A DNA stretch of 52,203 nucleotides from Kiritimatiellia bacterium (GCA_047615735.1 JBLHHU010000001.1:1-52203), one strand, 5' to 3'. Positions 16,335 through 26,994 are shown, counted from the stretch's first letter. Notes: generated by a model from the sequence alone, not told the origin. A program made the numbers and translations.

Positions 16335-18835
16335 CAGGCGTCGAAGAGGTTCATTTGTGAATCGTCGGTTTTGACGCGGCGGGTGCGCTGACGAGCAAGT
16401 TTAGGCTGTCCAGCATCGCTCAGTTCGCCCTCTTCGAGGTTCGTTAGAATTTCTTTTGAGCGATCGATTACAGCCTGTGGCAATCCCGCCAGGCGAGCGA
16501 CTTGAATGCCGTAGCTTTTATCGGTTCCACCGCGAACGATCTTGCGTAAAAAAACAATCTGATCCGCACGCTCACGTACCTGCACGTTGTAGTTCTGGAC
16601 CCCTTCCATGGTCAGCGAAAGCTCGGTCAACTCGTGGTAGTGCGTTGCAAAGAGCGTCTTGGCCTTCACGCTGGATTCATTGTGGAGATATTCCGCAACC
16701 GCCCAGGCAATACTCAGCCCGTCAAACGTACTGGTCCCGCGGCCGATTTCATCCAGGACGATTAGACTGCGCTCTGTCGCATTGTTCAAAATGTTTGCGG
16801 TTTCCTGCATTTCGACAAGAAACGTACTGCGCCCACGCGCCAAATCATCGCTGGCGCCAACGCGCGTAAAGACGCGGTCGACGATGGAAATCTCAGCCTC
16901 ACGCGCAGGCACATACGACCCCATGTGTGCCATAACGACGATCACAGCAACTTGCCGAATGTAAGTTGATTTGCCGGCCATGTTGGGTCCCGTGATAATC
17001 GCCACTTGATCGCGCGTGCAATCCATCTCGGTGTCATTTGGGACAAAGCGCTCCGCCTCCGGCATTTGCTCAACCACAGGATGCCGCCCGTCTCGAATGC
17101 AAATACGATCCCCACTCGTCATCGTCGGCTTAACATAACGATAAACGAGGGCACGGTCGGCCAGTGACGCCACCACATCCAACGTGGCGACCGCATCAGC
17201 TGTGGTTTGAATCTGCTCGGCCACGGCCGAAACATGGTCACGCAAAGCGAGAAAAAGATCATATTCGAGTGCGACCGACTTATCCTGCGCGCCCATAATC
17301 GTCGTTTCGTATTCTTTGAGCTTCGGCGTCGAGAAACGCTCCGCATTGACCAGGGTCTGCTTGCGGTCATAGTTCTCGGGCGCTAAATGACTTTGCCCCT
17401 TGGAGATCTCAATGTAGTAGCCAAAGACTTTGTTATGGCGCACCTTGAGCGTTTTGATCCCAGTTCGCTCTTGTTCGCTCGTTTGGTAATTGGCCAACCA
17501 CTGACGGCCCTCGCCTGCTGCTTCACGCAGTTTATCGAGCTCGTCGTTATACCCCTGCCGAATGATATTGCCGTCCTTGATCGTGATCGGCGGTTCATCC
17601 GCGATGGCGTCGGCCAGCAACGTGACCAAGTCCGGGTTTGGGTGGATCCGTTCCGCGCAATCACGTAAAAACGCGGACGTGCTGCTAATAAACATCTCGC
17701 GAATGGTTGGCAGTTCTGCCAGCGAATGACCGATTAACTGGACGTCACGCGCATTGCCGCTTCCAGAGCTGACACGCACGACGAGTCGCTCCAAATCGCG
17801 AATTCCGGCCAATTCATCGCGCAGTCGCTGCAGAAGTGCCCGATCATCCACAAGCGCAGCCACGGCATCTTGACGCAACTGAATGCGATCAAGCTGGGCC
17901 AGTGGCTGCAAAATCCACTCACGCATTTTGCGTCCCCCCATCGGCGTGCGCGTTTCGTCTAACACACGGAGTAAACAGGGAACATTGCCAGCACCACGCG
18001 CGGGCACCAAATCAAGATTACGGCAAGTCGACTCGTCCAACATGACAAAATCGCTGGCATTGCGGACCTGCATGGAACGGACTTGGGTGACGTCCGCGCG
18101 CAGTGCGTCGCGTGCATGCACCAACAGGCCGCCCGCAGCACGTACAAGCGCACGCTCGTCATCGCAGCCGAAACCCGCAAGTGAGTGCACATTGAAATGC
18201 CGAATCAGCGCATCGTAGGCAGCACCCTGTTCGAAGTACCACTCCGGGCTTGATGTGACGTGGACGGCATGAAACTCGGCCAGCAATGAGCGCAAGTCGG
18301 GATCGTCTAGCTGATCCTCTGCCAGCAGGCATTCGGCAGGTGAATATCGGCGCAGACTATCGCGTAGCAATTCCGTATCCGCGTTACGTTCAGCCAAAAA
18401 AGCGCCGGTCGACAAATCAAGAAGCGCTAAACCGTACCCGTCACGATCTTTGCAAACGGCAGCCAGATATGTGTGCTCGTTTGAGGCGAGAATATTTTCT
18501 TCCAGAACGGATCCGGGCGTCACCACGCGCGTGACTTCACGTTTCACGATACCCTTGCTGGCCTTGGCGTCCTCGACTTGTTCGCAAATCGCCACCTTCT
18601 TACCCGCGCGTATCATCTTGGCGAGATAGCCTTCCAGGGCATGATAAGGCACCCCGCACATGGGCACGCTGTGGCGCTTCGTTAGCGAGACATCCAGAAT
18701 CGGCGCAGCCGCCTGAGCATCTTCGTAGAACATTTCATAGAAGTCCCCCAGTCGGAAAAAACAGATGACATCGTCGGGCAGTTCGGCCTTGATACGCCGG
18801 TACTGTATCATCATTGGTGTGTCAGGTGCTGCCAT
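16334..18835 (-). CDS. mutS: DNA mismatch repair protein MutS
   Basis: 833 aa. N-terminus TPMMIQYRRIK..FFRLGDFYEMFYEDA; Walker A GPNMAGKST; conserved DEIGRGTSTFDG. Confidence 0.97.
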   Translation of the reverse strand: MAAPDTPMMIQYRRIKAELPDDVICFFRLGDFYEMFYEDAQAAAPILDVSLTKRHSVPMCGVPYHALEGYLAKMIRAGKKVAICEQVEDAKASKGIVKREVTRVVTPGSVLEENILASNEHTYLAAVCKDRDGYGLALLDLSTGAFLAERNADTELLRDSLRRYSPAECLLAEDQLDDPDLRSLLAEFHAVHVTSSPEWYFEQGAAYDALIRHFNVHSLAGFGCDDERALVRAAGGLLVHARDALRADVTQVRSMQVRNASDFVMLDESTCRNLDLVPARGAGNVPCLLRVLDETRTPMGGRKMREWILQPLAQLDRIQLRQDAVAALVDDRALLQRLRDELAGIRDLERLVVRVSSGSGNARDVQLIGHSLAELPTIREMFISSTSAFLRDCAERIHPNPDLVTLLADAIADEPPITIKDGNIIRQGYNDELDKLREAAGEGRQWLANYQTSEQERTGIKTLKVRHNKVFGYYIEISKGQSHLAPENYDRKQTLVNAERFSTPKLKEYETTIMGAQDKSVALEYDLFLALRDHVSAVAEQIQTTADAVATLDVVASLADRALVYRYVKPTMTSGDRICIRDGRHPVVEQMPEAERFVPNDTEMDCTRDQVAIITGPNMAGKSTYIRQVAVIVVMAHMGSYVPAREAEISIVDRVFTRVGASDDLARGRSTFLVEMQETANILNNATERSLIVLDEIGRGTSTFDGLSIAWAVAEYLHNESSVKAKTLFATHYHELTELSLTMEGVQNYNVQVRERADQIVFLRKIVRGGTDKSYGIQVARLAGLPQAVIDRSKEILTNLEEGELSDAGQPKLARQRTRRVKTDDSQMNLFDA

Positions 18836-18935
18836 GAGATCTATACTTCATTCAAGAGTCGCAAAATTGGTTCAAACGTTGATCAACGATCAGATCCTAC
18901 TTTAGTGAATCAGATCAAAATTCCGATGCGAAATT

Positions 18936-19814
18936 TCAAGCATCGCCATTTTCTACACCCGCCAAAAAAGCTGTGATGCGAACCCAAGCCTCTGGACTTA
19001 TCGCTTCTGGTCGACTGCTTTCGTCAAGCCCCAGTGATGTTAACAAGGCCGCGAATTGTGGCAATCGTGATGCATCCCAGTCAGTATATCGCTTCAATAT
19101 CGTCCCAATCTGTTTACGACGCTGCGAAAAAGCATGTTTCGTAAACCCATAAAACATTTGGGCATGCTCGGCAACCAAAGGTGCATTGTCGTGTCTTTCG
19201 AGCCCCGCAATGGCCGATTCCACATCCGGCGGCGGCCAGAAACAGCGCGCGCCAATCCGGTGTTCCAGGCGCGTCGCGTATGCCTGCTGGGCCCACACGC
19301 TCAACAAACCGTAGGCCGACGTGCCCGCTGCTGCGCAGATTCGCTGCGCCACTTCGCGTTGGAGGGTCACGACAATACGGTCGGGTCTGTATTGCGACTG
19401 AATCATGGCAACCAACATACGCGTCCCCGACGAATAGGGTAAATTCGCGACCACTTTTCGAATGCGAAAATCACCATTCGGATCAAACAGGGTGTCAAAA
19501 TCCTGGTCAAGACCGTCGCCATGTATCAGCGTAAGCTCAGGCGTGTCGCAGAATCGCTTCGCCAGAAATGCATGCAACTTCCGATCCAACTCAACGGCAT
19601 GAACCTGCGCACCCGCGCCAAGCAGGGCTTCGGTCAAGATGCCAAGACCCGGTCCAATTTCGAGAACGTGATCGCCTTGGCCAACATCTGCCCGCTCAAT
19701 CGAAATGCGAGAGACGTTGCGGTCGATCAAGAAATTCTGACCAAGGCGAGTACTTGGACGTATGCCCAATTCCGTCAATGCGGCGCGTACCTCTGAAGGA
19801 CTGCCCGTGTTCAC
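18936..19814 (-). CDS. rsmA: 16S rRNA (adenine1518/1519-N6)-dimethyltransferase RsmA/KsgA
   Basis: LGQNFLIDRNV plus SAM-binding VLEIGPGLGILT. The GTG start overlaps the upstream stop (GTGA). Confidence 0.93.
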   Translation of the reverse strand: MNTGSPSEVRAALTELGIRPSTRLGQNFLIDRNVSRISIERADVGQGDHVLEIGPGLGILTEALLGAGAQVHAVELDRKLHAFLAKRFCDTPELTLIHGDGLDQDFDTLFDPNGDFRIRKVVANLPYSSGTRMLVAMIQSQYRPDRIVVTLQREVAQRICAAAGTSAYGLLSVWAQQAYATRLEHRIGARCFWPPPDVESAIAGLERHDNAPLVAEHAQMFYGFTKHAFSQRRKQIGTILKRYTDWDASRLPQFAALLTSLGLDESSRPEAISPEAWVRITAFLAGVENGDA

Positions 19815-20821
19815 TGTTTTGCGTCGAAAACCTTGACGTATGCCGTGGCTCGCAAACGATTAACCCAAGACACGTAAAGCTCATCGGAAGCCTTCATACG
19901 AAGTTCACGCTCAATTAACGGTTGCACTGTTTCGAAGGAGGCATCGGTCTCTTGTTTGGAATCGACCAAATGCATAATGTAAAACACGCCGTCGGCGTGA
20001 ACAATGCCACTCGTTTGTCCGTTCTCGAGTTTGAGCAACGTTTCGCGCAGAACAGGACGGACCAGATGCGCTTTTACCCAACCCCAGTCACCACCAGATT
20101 CGGCGCGCTTGTCATCTGAAATCTCTGTGGCCACATCCGCAAAAGCCTCGCCAGCCACGATTCGGTCATGCGCAACCTGTGCACGCTGACGTGCATCAGC
20201 AAGATTACCCTCTTTAGGTGCGACCTGAATCATGCTGACACGATACATTGGGGGCACACGATACTTATCGAGGTTTTCTTCAAACTGCTGATGCACCGCA
20301 AGAGGTGACACTTCAACATTCTGTTCGACAAAATTGCTGCGCATCATGGCAACAATCATCCGATCCTCAAATCCCTTCTCCCACGTTTCAAACGTCTGAT
20401 CTTCTTTGACCAGAATATCCAGAAGTGCGCTGCGGTCACCATCGTAGCGATCGACGATGTGTTGTTGAACGCGCTGTTCGAGAACCCACGGCGGCAGTTT
20501 GGCATCACCGGCTTTGTACGCATCCAGAACGAGGAAACGTTCAATGAGCGACTCCAATGCACGTTCGTAGGTATGGCGAAGCTGTACCTGCAAGGCCTGG
20601 CCCTTAAAGTTTGCCATCAATTGAGGGCGAACACTCTCAACCACCTCAAGAACCTCACCGATTGTCACGATGTGCTTGTTAACGTGTGCAGCCACACCAT
20701 CAACAACCATCGCGTCCTGCGAACGCGACGTTACAGGTAAAAGCAGTGTCGTTCCAAAAATCAACAGCACGGACGCTTGACTGGCGAACGGCCGCCACAA
20801 CGTATATATAGAATGTATCAT
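19811..20821 (-). CDS. SurA/PpiC-type peptidyl-prolyl isomerase (periplasmic chaperone-like)
   Basis: Signal-like N-terminus after the ATG at 20821 (the ORF track opens at GTG 20848). Parvulin motif GGDWGWV and SurA-N-like helical region. Confidence 0.8.
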   Translation of the reverse strand: MIHSIYTLWRPFASQASVLLIFGTTLLLPVTSRSQDAMVVDGVAAHVNKHIVTIGEVLEVVESVRPQLMANFKGQALQVQLRHTYERALESLIERFLVLDAYKAGDAKLPPWVLEQRVQQHIVDRYDGDRSALLDILVKEDQTFETWEKGFEDRMIVAMMRSNFVEQNVEVSPLAVHQQFEENLDKYRVPPMYRVSMIQVAPKEGNLADARQRAQVAHDRIVAGEAFADVATEISDDKRAESGGDWGWVKAHLVRPVLRETLLKLENGQTSGIVHADGVFYIMHLVDSKQETDASFETVQPLIERELRMKASDELYVSWVNRLRATAYVKVFDAKQ

Positions 20822-20998
20822 GTTTACGTTCCAAGCGTGGGCCAGCACGAAATGGCTTCATGCGGGTTTCGAGAAAAAATCACAAAATCAGTCGCAGCCC
20901 AAATAATTAACCCTGTCTCTACGTAGAACAGTGTATAAAGGGAAACTTCCCGTCAACCGATTTGACACATAACGAACAGGAAAGGTATAGTTGGCCCC

Positions 20999-21685
20999 AT
21001 GATGAAGCAAGTAAATACCCTATACGCGTTAATGACAGCGAGCGTCCTCCTTGGAGGCGCCATGCTCTGGAACGGTTGCGAAACAGAATCCGTCTCAGAC
21101 CAAAAAGTGACCATAAGCCCCTCCTCCTCGCGACTGGCCATTAATCAAGTTTTGGAACTCATCGCCTCGGGTGGCTTTGAATACACATGGAGCCTTGAAG
21201 ACGAGACTATTGGTACCCTTTCCACAAGAAAAGGACCACGCACAGTCTATACCGCTCGTGTCAACCCTGGCACCAACGCTGCAGCTACCGCTATCAGCTT
21301 ACAAACCGTGACGGTCACATCTACCGTCTCGTCAGGCGGAAGTACCAACGGCGTGACCTCAGGTTTACAGGCAAGCGCTATAGCGACGATTGAACACGTC
21401 CCCGTCCCAAGCGGCAGTCCAGACGCCGTTGCGCTCTCAGCCACCCCCAGTTCGGCCGCTTTCGATGTCGGCGTAGATGTCGGCGATTCAGTCAGCTTCA
21501 CAGCCAGCGGTGGTACCGGCTCCTATGTATGGAGCATATCATCTGAGGCCTTCGGATTCATCTCGAACAAAAGTGGCTCGCAAACAACGTATTCGTATAC
21601 GGAGACGACAGGGGCCACTGGAACAATTATCATTTCGGTGACCTCAGGCGGCGAAACGTTCCGCGTTAATGTCACCCATTTCTAG
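20999..21685 (+). CDS. Secreted (possibly lipid-anchored) protein with two Ig-like repeats
   Basis: Signal-like N-terminus ending ..LWNGC (non-canonical lipobox). Two similar modules (..ASGGFEYTWSL.., ..ASGGTGSYVWSI..). Confidence 0.7.
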   Translation: MMKQVNTLYALMTASVLLGGAMLWNGCETESVSDQKVTISPSSSRLAINQVLELIASGGFEYTWSLEDETIGTLSTRKGPRTVYTARVNPGTNAAATAISLQTVTVTSTVSSGGSTNGVTSGLQASAIATIEHVPVPSGSPDAVALSATPSSAAFDVGVDVGDSVSFTASGGTGSYVWSISSEAFGFISNKSGSQTTYSYTETTGATGTIIISVTSGGETFRVNVTHF

Positions 21686-21728
21686 CGGCTCCCCCATTAA
21701 GCGGGAACCACCTGGCGTCGACCATCGT

Positions 21729-22523
21729 ATGCACATCACCAGCCTGAGCAACCCGCGCATTAAGCGGGTCGTCAAATTGCGCCAACGATCGCACCGTGAC
21801 GCCCTCGACCGTATGCTGGTCGAAGGGTTTCGTGAAATCCAGCGCGCCGCACAAAACAACTATGCCTTTGAAGAAGTCTTTTTTTGCGAAACACTTTTTC
21901 TTGGATCAAACGAAATGCAGTTGCTTGATCAGTGCGCCGCCAACGGCGCCGAACTGGTTTCTTGCACCAAGGATGTTTTCAGCAAAATGTCCTACCGTGA
22001 TCGCCCGGACGGCATGCTTGGTGTTGGCCCACAACTCAAACGACGCCTGGACGATTTATCAACAGACGGCCCGCATCTGATTGTCATCGCCGAAGCCATC
22101 GAAAAACCCGGCAACCTCGGCACCATCCTTCGATCCGCAGATGCTGTTGGTGCCACGGCCGTTCTCGTCTGTGACCGTTGTACGGACCTCAGCAACCCGA
22201 ACGTGGTTCGCGCCAGTGTCGGAACATTATTCCACGTACCGGTGGTCGAAACGACCACCCAGGACGCACTTGCATGGCTGCGTGCAAACGACATCAAGAT
22301 TGTGGCAACCAGCCCGGACGCCGATGCGTACTACACCCAAACGGACGTCAGCGGGAACGTTGCCGTGGTGATGGGCACGGAACAGTATGGATTGACCGAC
22401 ACTTGGCTCAAGGAAAGCGATGTGGCCGTAAAAATCCCAATGCTGGGTCAGGCAGACTCGCTAAACGTGGCCGCAGCAACAACGATCTTACTCTACGAAG
22501 TCATCCGCCAACGCGGCGCGTAA
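21729..22523 (+). CDS. TrmH/SpoU-family RNA 2'-O-methyltransferase
   Basis: SpoU motifs IEKPGNLGTILRSADAVGA and IPMLGQADSLNVAAA. The ATG at 21729 (MHITSLSNPRIK) is preferred over the track start at 21669, which overlaps the upstream gene. Confidence 0.88.
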   Translation: MHITSLSNPRIKRVVKLRQRSHRDALDRMLVEGFREIQRAAQNNYAFEEVFFCETLFLGSNEMQLLDQCAANGAELVSCTKDVFSKMSYRDRPDGMLGVGPQLKRRLDDLSTDGPHLIVIAEAIEKPGNLGTILRSADAVGATAVLVCDRCTDLSNPNVVRASVGTLFHVPVVETTTQDALAWLRANDIKIVATSPDADAYYTQTDVSGNVAVVMGTEQYGLTDTWLKESDVAVKIPMLGQADSLNVAAATTILLYEVIRQRGA

Positions 22524-22540
22524 GCACGAATCAGCGTACT

Positions 22541-22927
22541 TCAAAACAGCGGATCTTTTTCTTCCTCAGGTGCCGCCCGCTTAAACGACGCACATGTATC
22601 CAAGGCATCCACATCTTTGCGATGCAGGGTGCACCATTGCGTGAACGGATTTTGGAGATAGTTCTGACAATGCCGACAGTTACGTGTATCCGCATCGTCG
22701 TCAAAAACATCAGGCGTCTTGGACTTGTCCGCTTCTGAAAAAATGGCAGCAGCGCCGCCTGACTTGAATGGAACGTCTGCCTCATCCACATACGCATGCC
22801 CACAGGCCATACAGGACAGGCTTTCGCCAACCTTTGTGAAGCCTTCATAGACAGGCTCACGCCGCAGCAAACTTTCCTCGCCGCAGGCAACACAGATGAT
22901 TTCGAGTGGGTTCGACATAATCAGCAT
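22541..22927 (-). CDS. Cys-rich zinc-ribbon protein, function unknown
   Basis: CVACG..CMACG and CRHC..C..C cysteine pairs. The track start at 22936 is TTG; ATG codons lie at 22927 and 22918. Confidence 0.6.
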   Translation of the reverse strand: MLIMSNPLEIICVACGEESLLRREPVYEGFTKVGESLSCMACGHAYVDEADVPFKSGGAAAIFSEADKSKTPDVFDDDADTRNCRHCQNYLQNPFTQWCTLHRKDVDALDTCASFKRAAPEEEKDPLF

Positions 22928-23106
22928 GTTGCACAATTGACGCCTGCGCCGTCAATGCGTTCTAACGCCATACCCAATGTCGCCTAAAGCCGTTGCATAC
23001 AACGCTCCATGATTGACGAAGCCGGAGGCTTGGCGTAGCGTTCTGACTTGCACCGAAAGCAATGCCAACAGTAACCATCCATGACCGCAAACAACCATCC
23101 AACGCC

Positions 23107-23724
23107 ATGTTAAAGATAGGAATCATTGGTTCAGGAAAAGGCTCGAATGCCCTTTCCATTTTCGAGGCGATCGACAATGGCGCGCTCAAGGCCGAAGTCG
23201 CCATTGTCCTGTCTGACGTTGACGGTGCAGGCATTCTGGACCATGCAAATCAACGCGGCATTCCTGCACAGTACATCAGCGGCGCGCCCTTCAAGACAAA
23301 GCTGGATGGCGAAGCACAACAACACTACATCGACGTTCTGCGTGAACACGATGTTGACGTGATCGCTCTGGCGGGCTTCATGCGAATCGTAAAAAAAGAT
23401 CTGCTTGCCGCATTCCCCAACCGCGTGCTCAACATTCACCCCGCCCTGCTGCCCGCCTTCCCGGGCATGCACAGTTGGAAGCAAGCCCTCGACTATGGGG
23501 CCAAAGTCGCTGGGTGCACAATCCACTTCGTTGACGCAGGAACGGACACGGGTCCTATTATTATACAGCGCAGCGTACCCATTCTGGAAGATGACGATGC
23601 AGGCAGCCTACATGCGCGCATACAAGCCCAGGAACACGCGATCTATCCCGAAGCGCTTCAGTTGATTGCCGACAATCGATTGCGCATCGAAGGTCGTCGC
23701 GTTTTTATCGATTCACCCTCCTAG
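23107..23724 (+). CDS. purN: Phosphoribosylglycinamide formyltransferase
   Basis: IGIIGSGKGSN..HPALLPAFPG..GCTIHFVDAGTDTGPIIIQ. The ATG at 23107 gives the canonical N-terminus (the track opens at 23062). Confidence 0.92.
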   Translation: MLKIGIIGSGKGSNALSIFEAIDNGALKAEVAIVLSDVDGAGILDHANQRGIPAQYISGAPFKTKLDGEAQQHYIDVLREHDVDVIALAGFMRIVKKDLLAAFPNRVLNIHPALLPAFPGMHSWKQALDYGAKVAGCTIHFVDAGTDTGPIIIQRSVPILEDDDAGSLHARIQAQEHAIYPEALQLIADNRLRIEGRRVFIDSPS

Positions 23725-23744
23725 TCCGTATTTAGGTTTCACCC

Positions 23745-25586
23745 ATGTTTGATGCAGACCCTACCGCGATGAACGACCAGAGTTTCGTCCCACCGATGCT
23801 CTCCGTCAAAACAGGCCATGGCACCGCTACGAAAGACGAGTTTTGGCTCGACGAAAACATTCCCTGCCGTAGCGCATGTCCGGCAAAAACGGATATCCCA
23901 GGTTATCTCGAGGCCATCTATCGCGGAGACCACGACGAAGCCTATCGCATAAACCTGCGTGACAATGTTTTCCCGGCGATTCTCGGGCGCGTGTGCTCAC
24001 GCCCCTGCGAGGATGCCTGCCGACATGGATGGGAGGGCTTAGGCGATTCCGTCGCCATCTGTTTCTCAAAACGATCGGCCGGCGATTTCAACACCTCCGA
24101 GCGCGTCGTGCTCGACCCCATCTTTCCCTCAAGCGGCAAACGCGTCGCGATCATCGGTAGCGGCCCCGCGGGGCTCGCCGCGGCACGCAATCTCGCCTTA
24201 CTCGGCCACACATGCACTGTTTTTGAAAAACATGAACGTCCGGGTGGCATGCTCAACCAGGGCATCCCTGAATTTCGTCTGCCGCGTGATATTATCGAAC
24301 GTGAAATCGACCAGGTTCGACAACAGGGCGTCGACATTCGCTGCGGCGTAACCATCGGCGAGGACATCACGTTGGAAGCGCTGTTAGCAGACCATGACGC
24401 CGTCATCATGGCGGCCGGCACCTTACGACCCAATATGCTTTCCATGTCCGGCGACGAGGCCCAAGGCGTCGCCCACGGCCTTCCTTGGTTACTGGATGCC
24501 AATGAACACCATAATGCCATCATTGGAAAATCCGTGCTCGTCATTGGAGGGGGCTTCACCGCTATGGACTGCGCGCGCACGGCCGAACGCCTGCAACGTG
24601 AGACTGTTTCATCAGAAGAAACAAGCGTGCGTGTGTGCTACCGCCGCTCACAAAACGAAATGCTTGTCACGCCCGGCGAAGTCGAAGAACTTGAAAATGA
24701 ATCCATCCCAATGGAATTCATGGTCAGCCCACAAGCATACGACGTCAGCGACGATGACGCCGTCAAGGGCATGCATTTCACGCGAACGACGCTCGGCGAA
24801 CCGGATGACAGCGGTCGACGCCGCCCCCTACCCGTCCCGGGCAGTGCATTCACGCACCCTGCAGACACCGTTCTCCTTGCGACAGGACAATTTCCCGATA
24901 CGTCATGGATCGATGAAGCGCTCCGGCCCGACCTGGTCAACACCGAACAATGGGTCAAGTCCGAAACGAGCCACGACACCGCGATCCCAAAACTTTTTGT
25001 GGCCGGCGACTTTTCAACGGGCGCCACGACATTGATCGACGCCATTGGTCATGCCAAGACGACAGCTCGTAACGTGGATGCATTCCTAATGGGAGAGGTT
25101 CGCCTCATCGACACGGCGTTGGTCGCCGATAGTCGCACAGCACCACGCGCACGCAAACTTGATGCCATTGAACGCGTCGACATGCCAACGCTACCTATTT
25201 TGTCGCGCGCATTTGCGGCCGAAGTCGAGACCGGTTATGAGGCTGACGCCTCCGTGACGGAGGCCTCGCGTTGCTATCTCTGTCATTACAAATACGAAAT
25301 CGACAATTCACGCTGCATTAAATGTGATCAATGCATCCAGGTGATGCCCCGCCCCAATTGCATTTCCAGAATAAACGCGTTAACGACAGATGCCGATGGC
25401 ATCGTCACAGGGATCGAAGAGCAAAAGGGCGCGATTGACTACAACGCCGAGTACTTCATCAATCAGGCAGAGTGCATACGCTGTAACGCTTGCCTAGAAG
25501 TCTGCCCGACAGAATGCATCACGGTTCAAAAAGTGTCCGGATGCGTCAAAGCGGTCACGCCTCCCGACCAAGACGCGTACCTCTAG
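23745..25586 (+). CDS. GltD-like NAD(P)H-dependent FAD oxidoreductase fused to a 2x[4Fe-4S] ferredoxin domain
   Basis: N-terminal Fe-S motif CRSACPAKTDIPGY, dinucleotide fold RVAIIGSGPAGLAAA, C-terminal CIKCDQCIQV and CIRCNACLEVCP. Confidence 0.85.
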   Translation: MFDADPTAMNDQSFVPPMLSVKTGHGTATKDEFWLDENIPCRSACPAKTDIPGYLEAIYRGDHDEAYRINLRDNVFPAILGRVCSRPCEDACRHGWEGLGDSVAICFSKRSAGDFNTSERVVLDPIFPSSGKRVAIIGSGPAGLAAARNLALLGHTCTVFEKHERPGGMLNQGIPEFRLPRDIIEREIDQVRQQGVDIRCGVTIGEDITLEALLADHDAVIMAAGTLRPNMLSMSGDEAQGVAHGLPWLLDANEHHNAIIGKSVLVIGGGFTAMDCARTAERLQRETVSSEETSVRVCYRRSQNEMLVTPGEVEELENESIPMEFMVSPQAYDVSDDDAVKGMHFTRTTLGEPDDSGRRRPLPVPGSAFTHPADTVLLATGQFPDTSWIDEALRPDLVNTEQWVKSETSHDTAIPKLFVAGDFSTGATTLIDAIGHAKTTARNVDAFLMGEVRLIDTALVADSRTAPRARKLDAIERVDMPTLPILSRAFAAEVETGYEADASVTEASRCYLCHYKYEIDNSRCIKCDQCIQVMPRPNCISRINALTTDADGIVTGIEEQKGAIDYNAEYFINQAECIRCNACLEVCPTECITVQKVSGCVKAVTPPDQDAYL

Positions 25587-25638
25587 ACTGTCGCGACGTA
25601 AGCGTTAAGCGAAGAACAGAGGGTTTCCTTACCAAAAG

Positions 25639-25714
25639 GCTCGACGGAGTCTCGTGCTCCAGGGAGCATTCAGAACAGGTCGTCGTTCTGATGGAGTTCG
25701 AGACTCCGTCGAGC
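25639..25714. terminator. Hairpin between convergent genes (candidate bidirectional terminator)
   Basis: Perfect 16-bp arms GCTCGACGGAGTCTCG (25639-25654) and CGAGACTCCGTCGAGC (25699-25714), with an inner 6-bp stem CAGAAC/GTTCTG. Lies between the stops at 25586 and 25722. Confidence 0.55.
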
Positions 25715-25721
25715 TTCTTTG

Positions 25722-26912
25722 CTACGGATGCGCGGTGACCGCGACGCGCTTTGTCAATTGGGTGACACCCTCCGCAAATTGCTCAGGTGGAATCAACAAA
25801 CTTAGCACCAGATGCGATGTGTCTGCGAAACCGAAGAGCGTACCCGGATCCACGAGTACACCATCTTTCTCAAGCAGCGCATGACATAGCGTGACGTCGT
25901 CGATGACGCGCGGAATTCGTACCAGCGCCGACCAGCCACCGTCGATGTTCAGACAATCGACGTCAAACACGTCTTTTAAATATGCGTAGTTCACCTGGAT
26001 GCGCTGCATGATGTCCTTCTGAATCAAGGTACGCTCTGACAAGCATGTCGGTAACGCGGCTTGAATCGGTCCATTGACCGACAAAAAGGTATCAGCAATC
26101 ACCTCAAGACGTTTACAGGCATGTTCGACGTCGTCTTGCGGTCCAGACACAACGATCCACGATAGCTTCATCTGCGGAAGCGCCAGAACTTTAGAAATAC
26201 CACTAAGCGTAAAGGTCAAGATTTCGGATTCTGCCGCACTGGACTGGCGTCCCAGAGCGGATGGATCGAAGAGATAATCTGCGAAGACTTCGTCCGAAAT
26301 TAACGCAAACGAATGCGCATGCGCCAATTGAACAAGTTCCTGCCACTCCTCCCGCCGCACAACAGACCCCGTTGGATTGTTCGGCGAGATGGAGACCAAG
26401 GCGCGCAGCCCCTCCGCAACGCCCGCACGCAGGGCCTCAACATCGAGCCACCAACGCCCATCGTAATGCAAAGGATAACGCCATAATTTGACATCCGACA
26501 GGTCTGCCAGATAATCAAGCAACGGATAGCTTGGTGCAGGAACCGCGACACGCTCGCCAACGTTGACCAGCAAACGGAATAGCCAGACGTAGGCTTCGCT
26601 GGTGCTTGAGGTCAGGAAAATGTGTTCAGGATCAACGTCGCAACCGACGTCAGCATAATAGGCAGAAACAGCCTCACGTGCTTGAAGCAATCCGCGCGCA
26701 TCGGGTTGATACGACGTGTTCGTGCCCATTGCATCTAGCTTGTCCCACGCTTTGGATGAATCAAATCCACATTGCGTCGGATTGCTGATCGTCAGATCAT
26801 TTAGCGCACGACCCGAGCGCTGCGCGGCCGCCACCGCATCACTGATCGCGTTTGTCTGCAAATTCCAGGATGTTCGATCTGTAAACATATTGCCTTTGTG
26901 CAAGCATGTCAT
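25722..26912 (-). CDS. Class I/II PLP-dependent aminotransferase
   Basis: SPNNPTGS and SGISKVLALPQMKLSW (PLP lysine context). An alternative ATG lies at 26888. Confidence 0.88.
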   Translation of the reverse strand: MTCLHKGNMFTDRTSWNLQTNAISDAVAAAQRSGRALNDLTISNPTQCGFDSSKAWDKLDAMGTNTSYQPDARGLLQAREAVSAYYADVGCDVDPEHIFLTSSTSEAYVWLFRLLVNVGERVAVPAPSYPLLDYLADLSDVKLWRYPLHYDGRWWLDVEALRAGVAEGLRALVSISPNNPTGSVVRREEWQELVQLAHAHSFALISDEVFADYLFDPSALGRQSSAAESEILTFTLSGISKVLALPQMKLSWIVVSGPQDDVEHACKRLEVIADTFLSVNGPIQAALPTCLSERTLIQKDIMQRIQVNYAYLKDVFDVDCLNIDGGWSALVRIPRVIDDVTLCHALLEKDGVLVDPGTLFGFADTSHLVLSLLIPPEQFAEGVTQLTKRVAVTAHP

Positions 26913-26994
26913 TTAAAGTACTGGGATCGCATATGCAGCCATACGCGATCGGCCAAGTAAACATCAATAACGGGTTTCAATTCAACGGATTAAG

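Noticed and set aside
22178-22738. 186-aa plus-strand ORF overlapping the TrmH-family gene and the zinc-ribbon gene.
   Set aside because: It is an out-of-frame overlap with two better supported genes and gives an Arg/Gly-rich low-complexity translation.
22937-23106. Leader of purN examined for a ZTP (pfl) or purine riboswitch.
   Set aside because: I could not find the conserved ZTP pseudoknot core or purine-riboswitch junction sequences by eye. A covariance-model scan (Rfam/Infernal) would be decisive.
23942-25045. 212-aa (minus), 213-aa (plus) and 135-aa (minus) ORFs within the GltD-like gene.
   Set aside because: They are alternative-frame and antisense shadows of a gene with clear FAD and Fe-S motifs. 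Their translations are Ser/Pro/Arg-rich.
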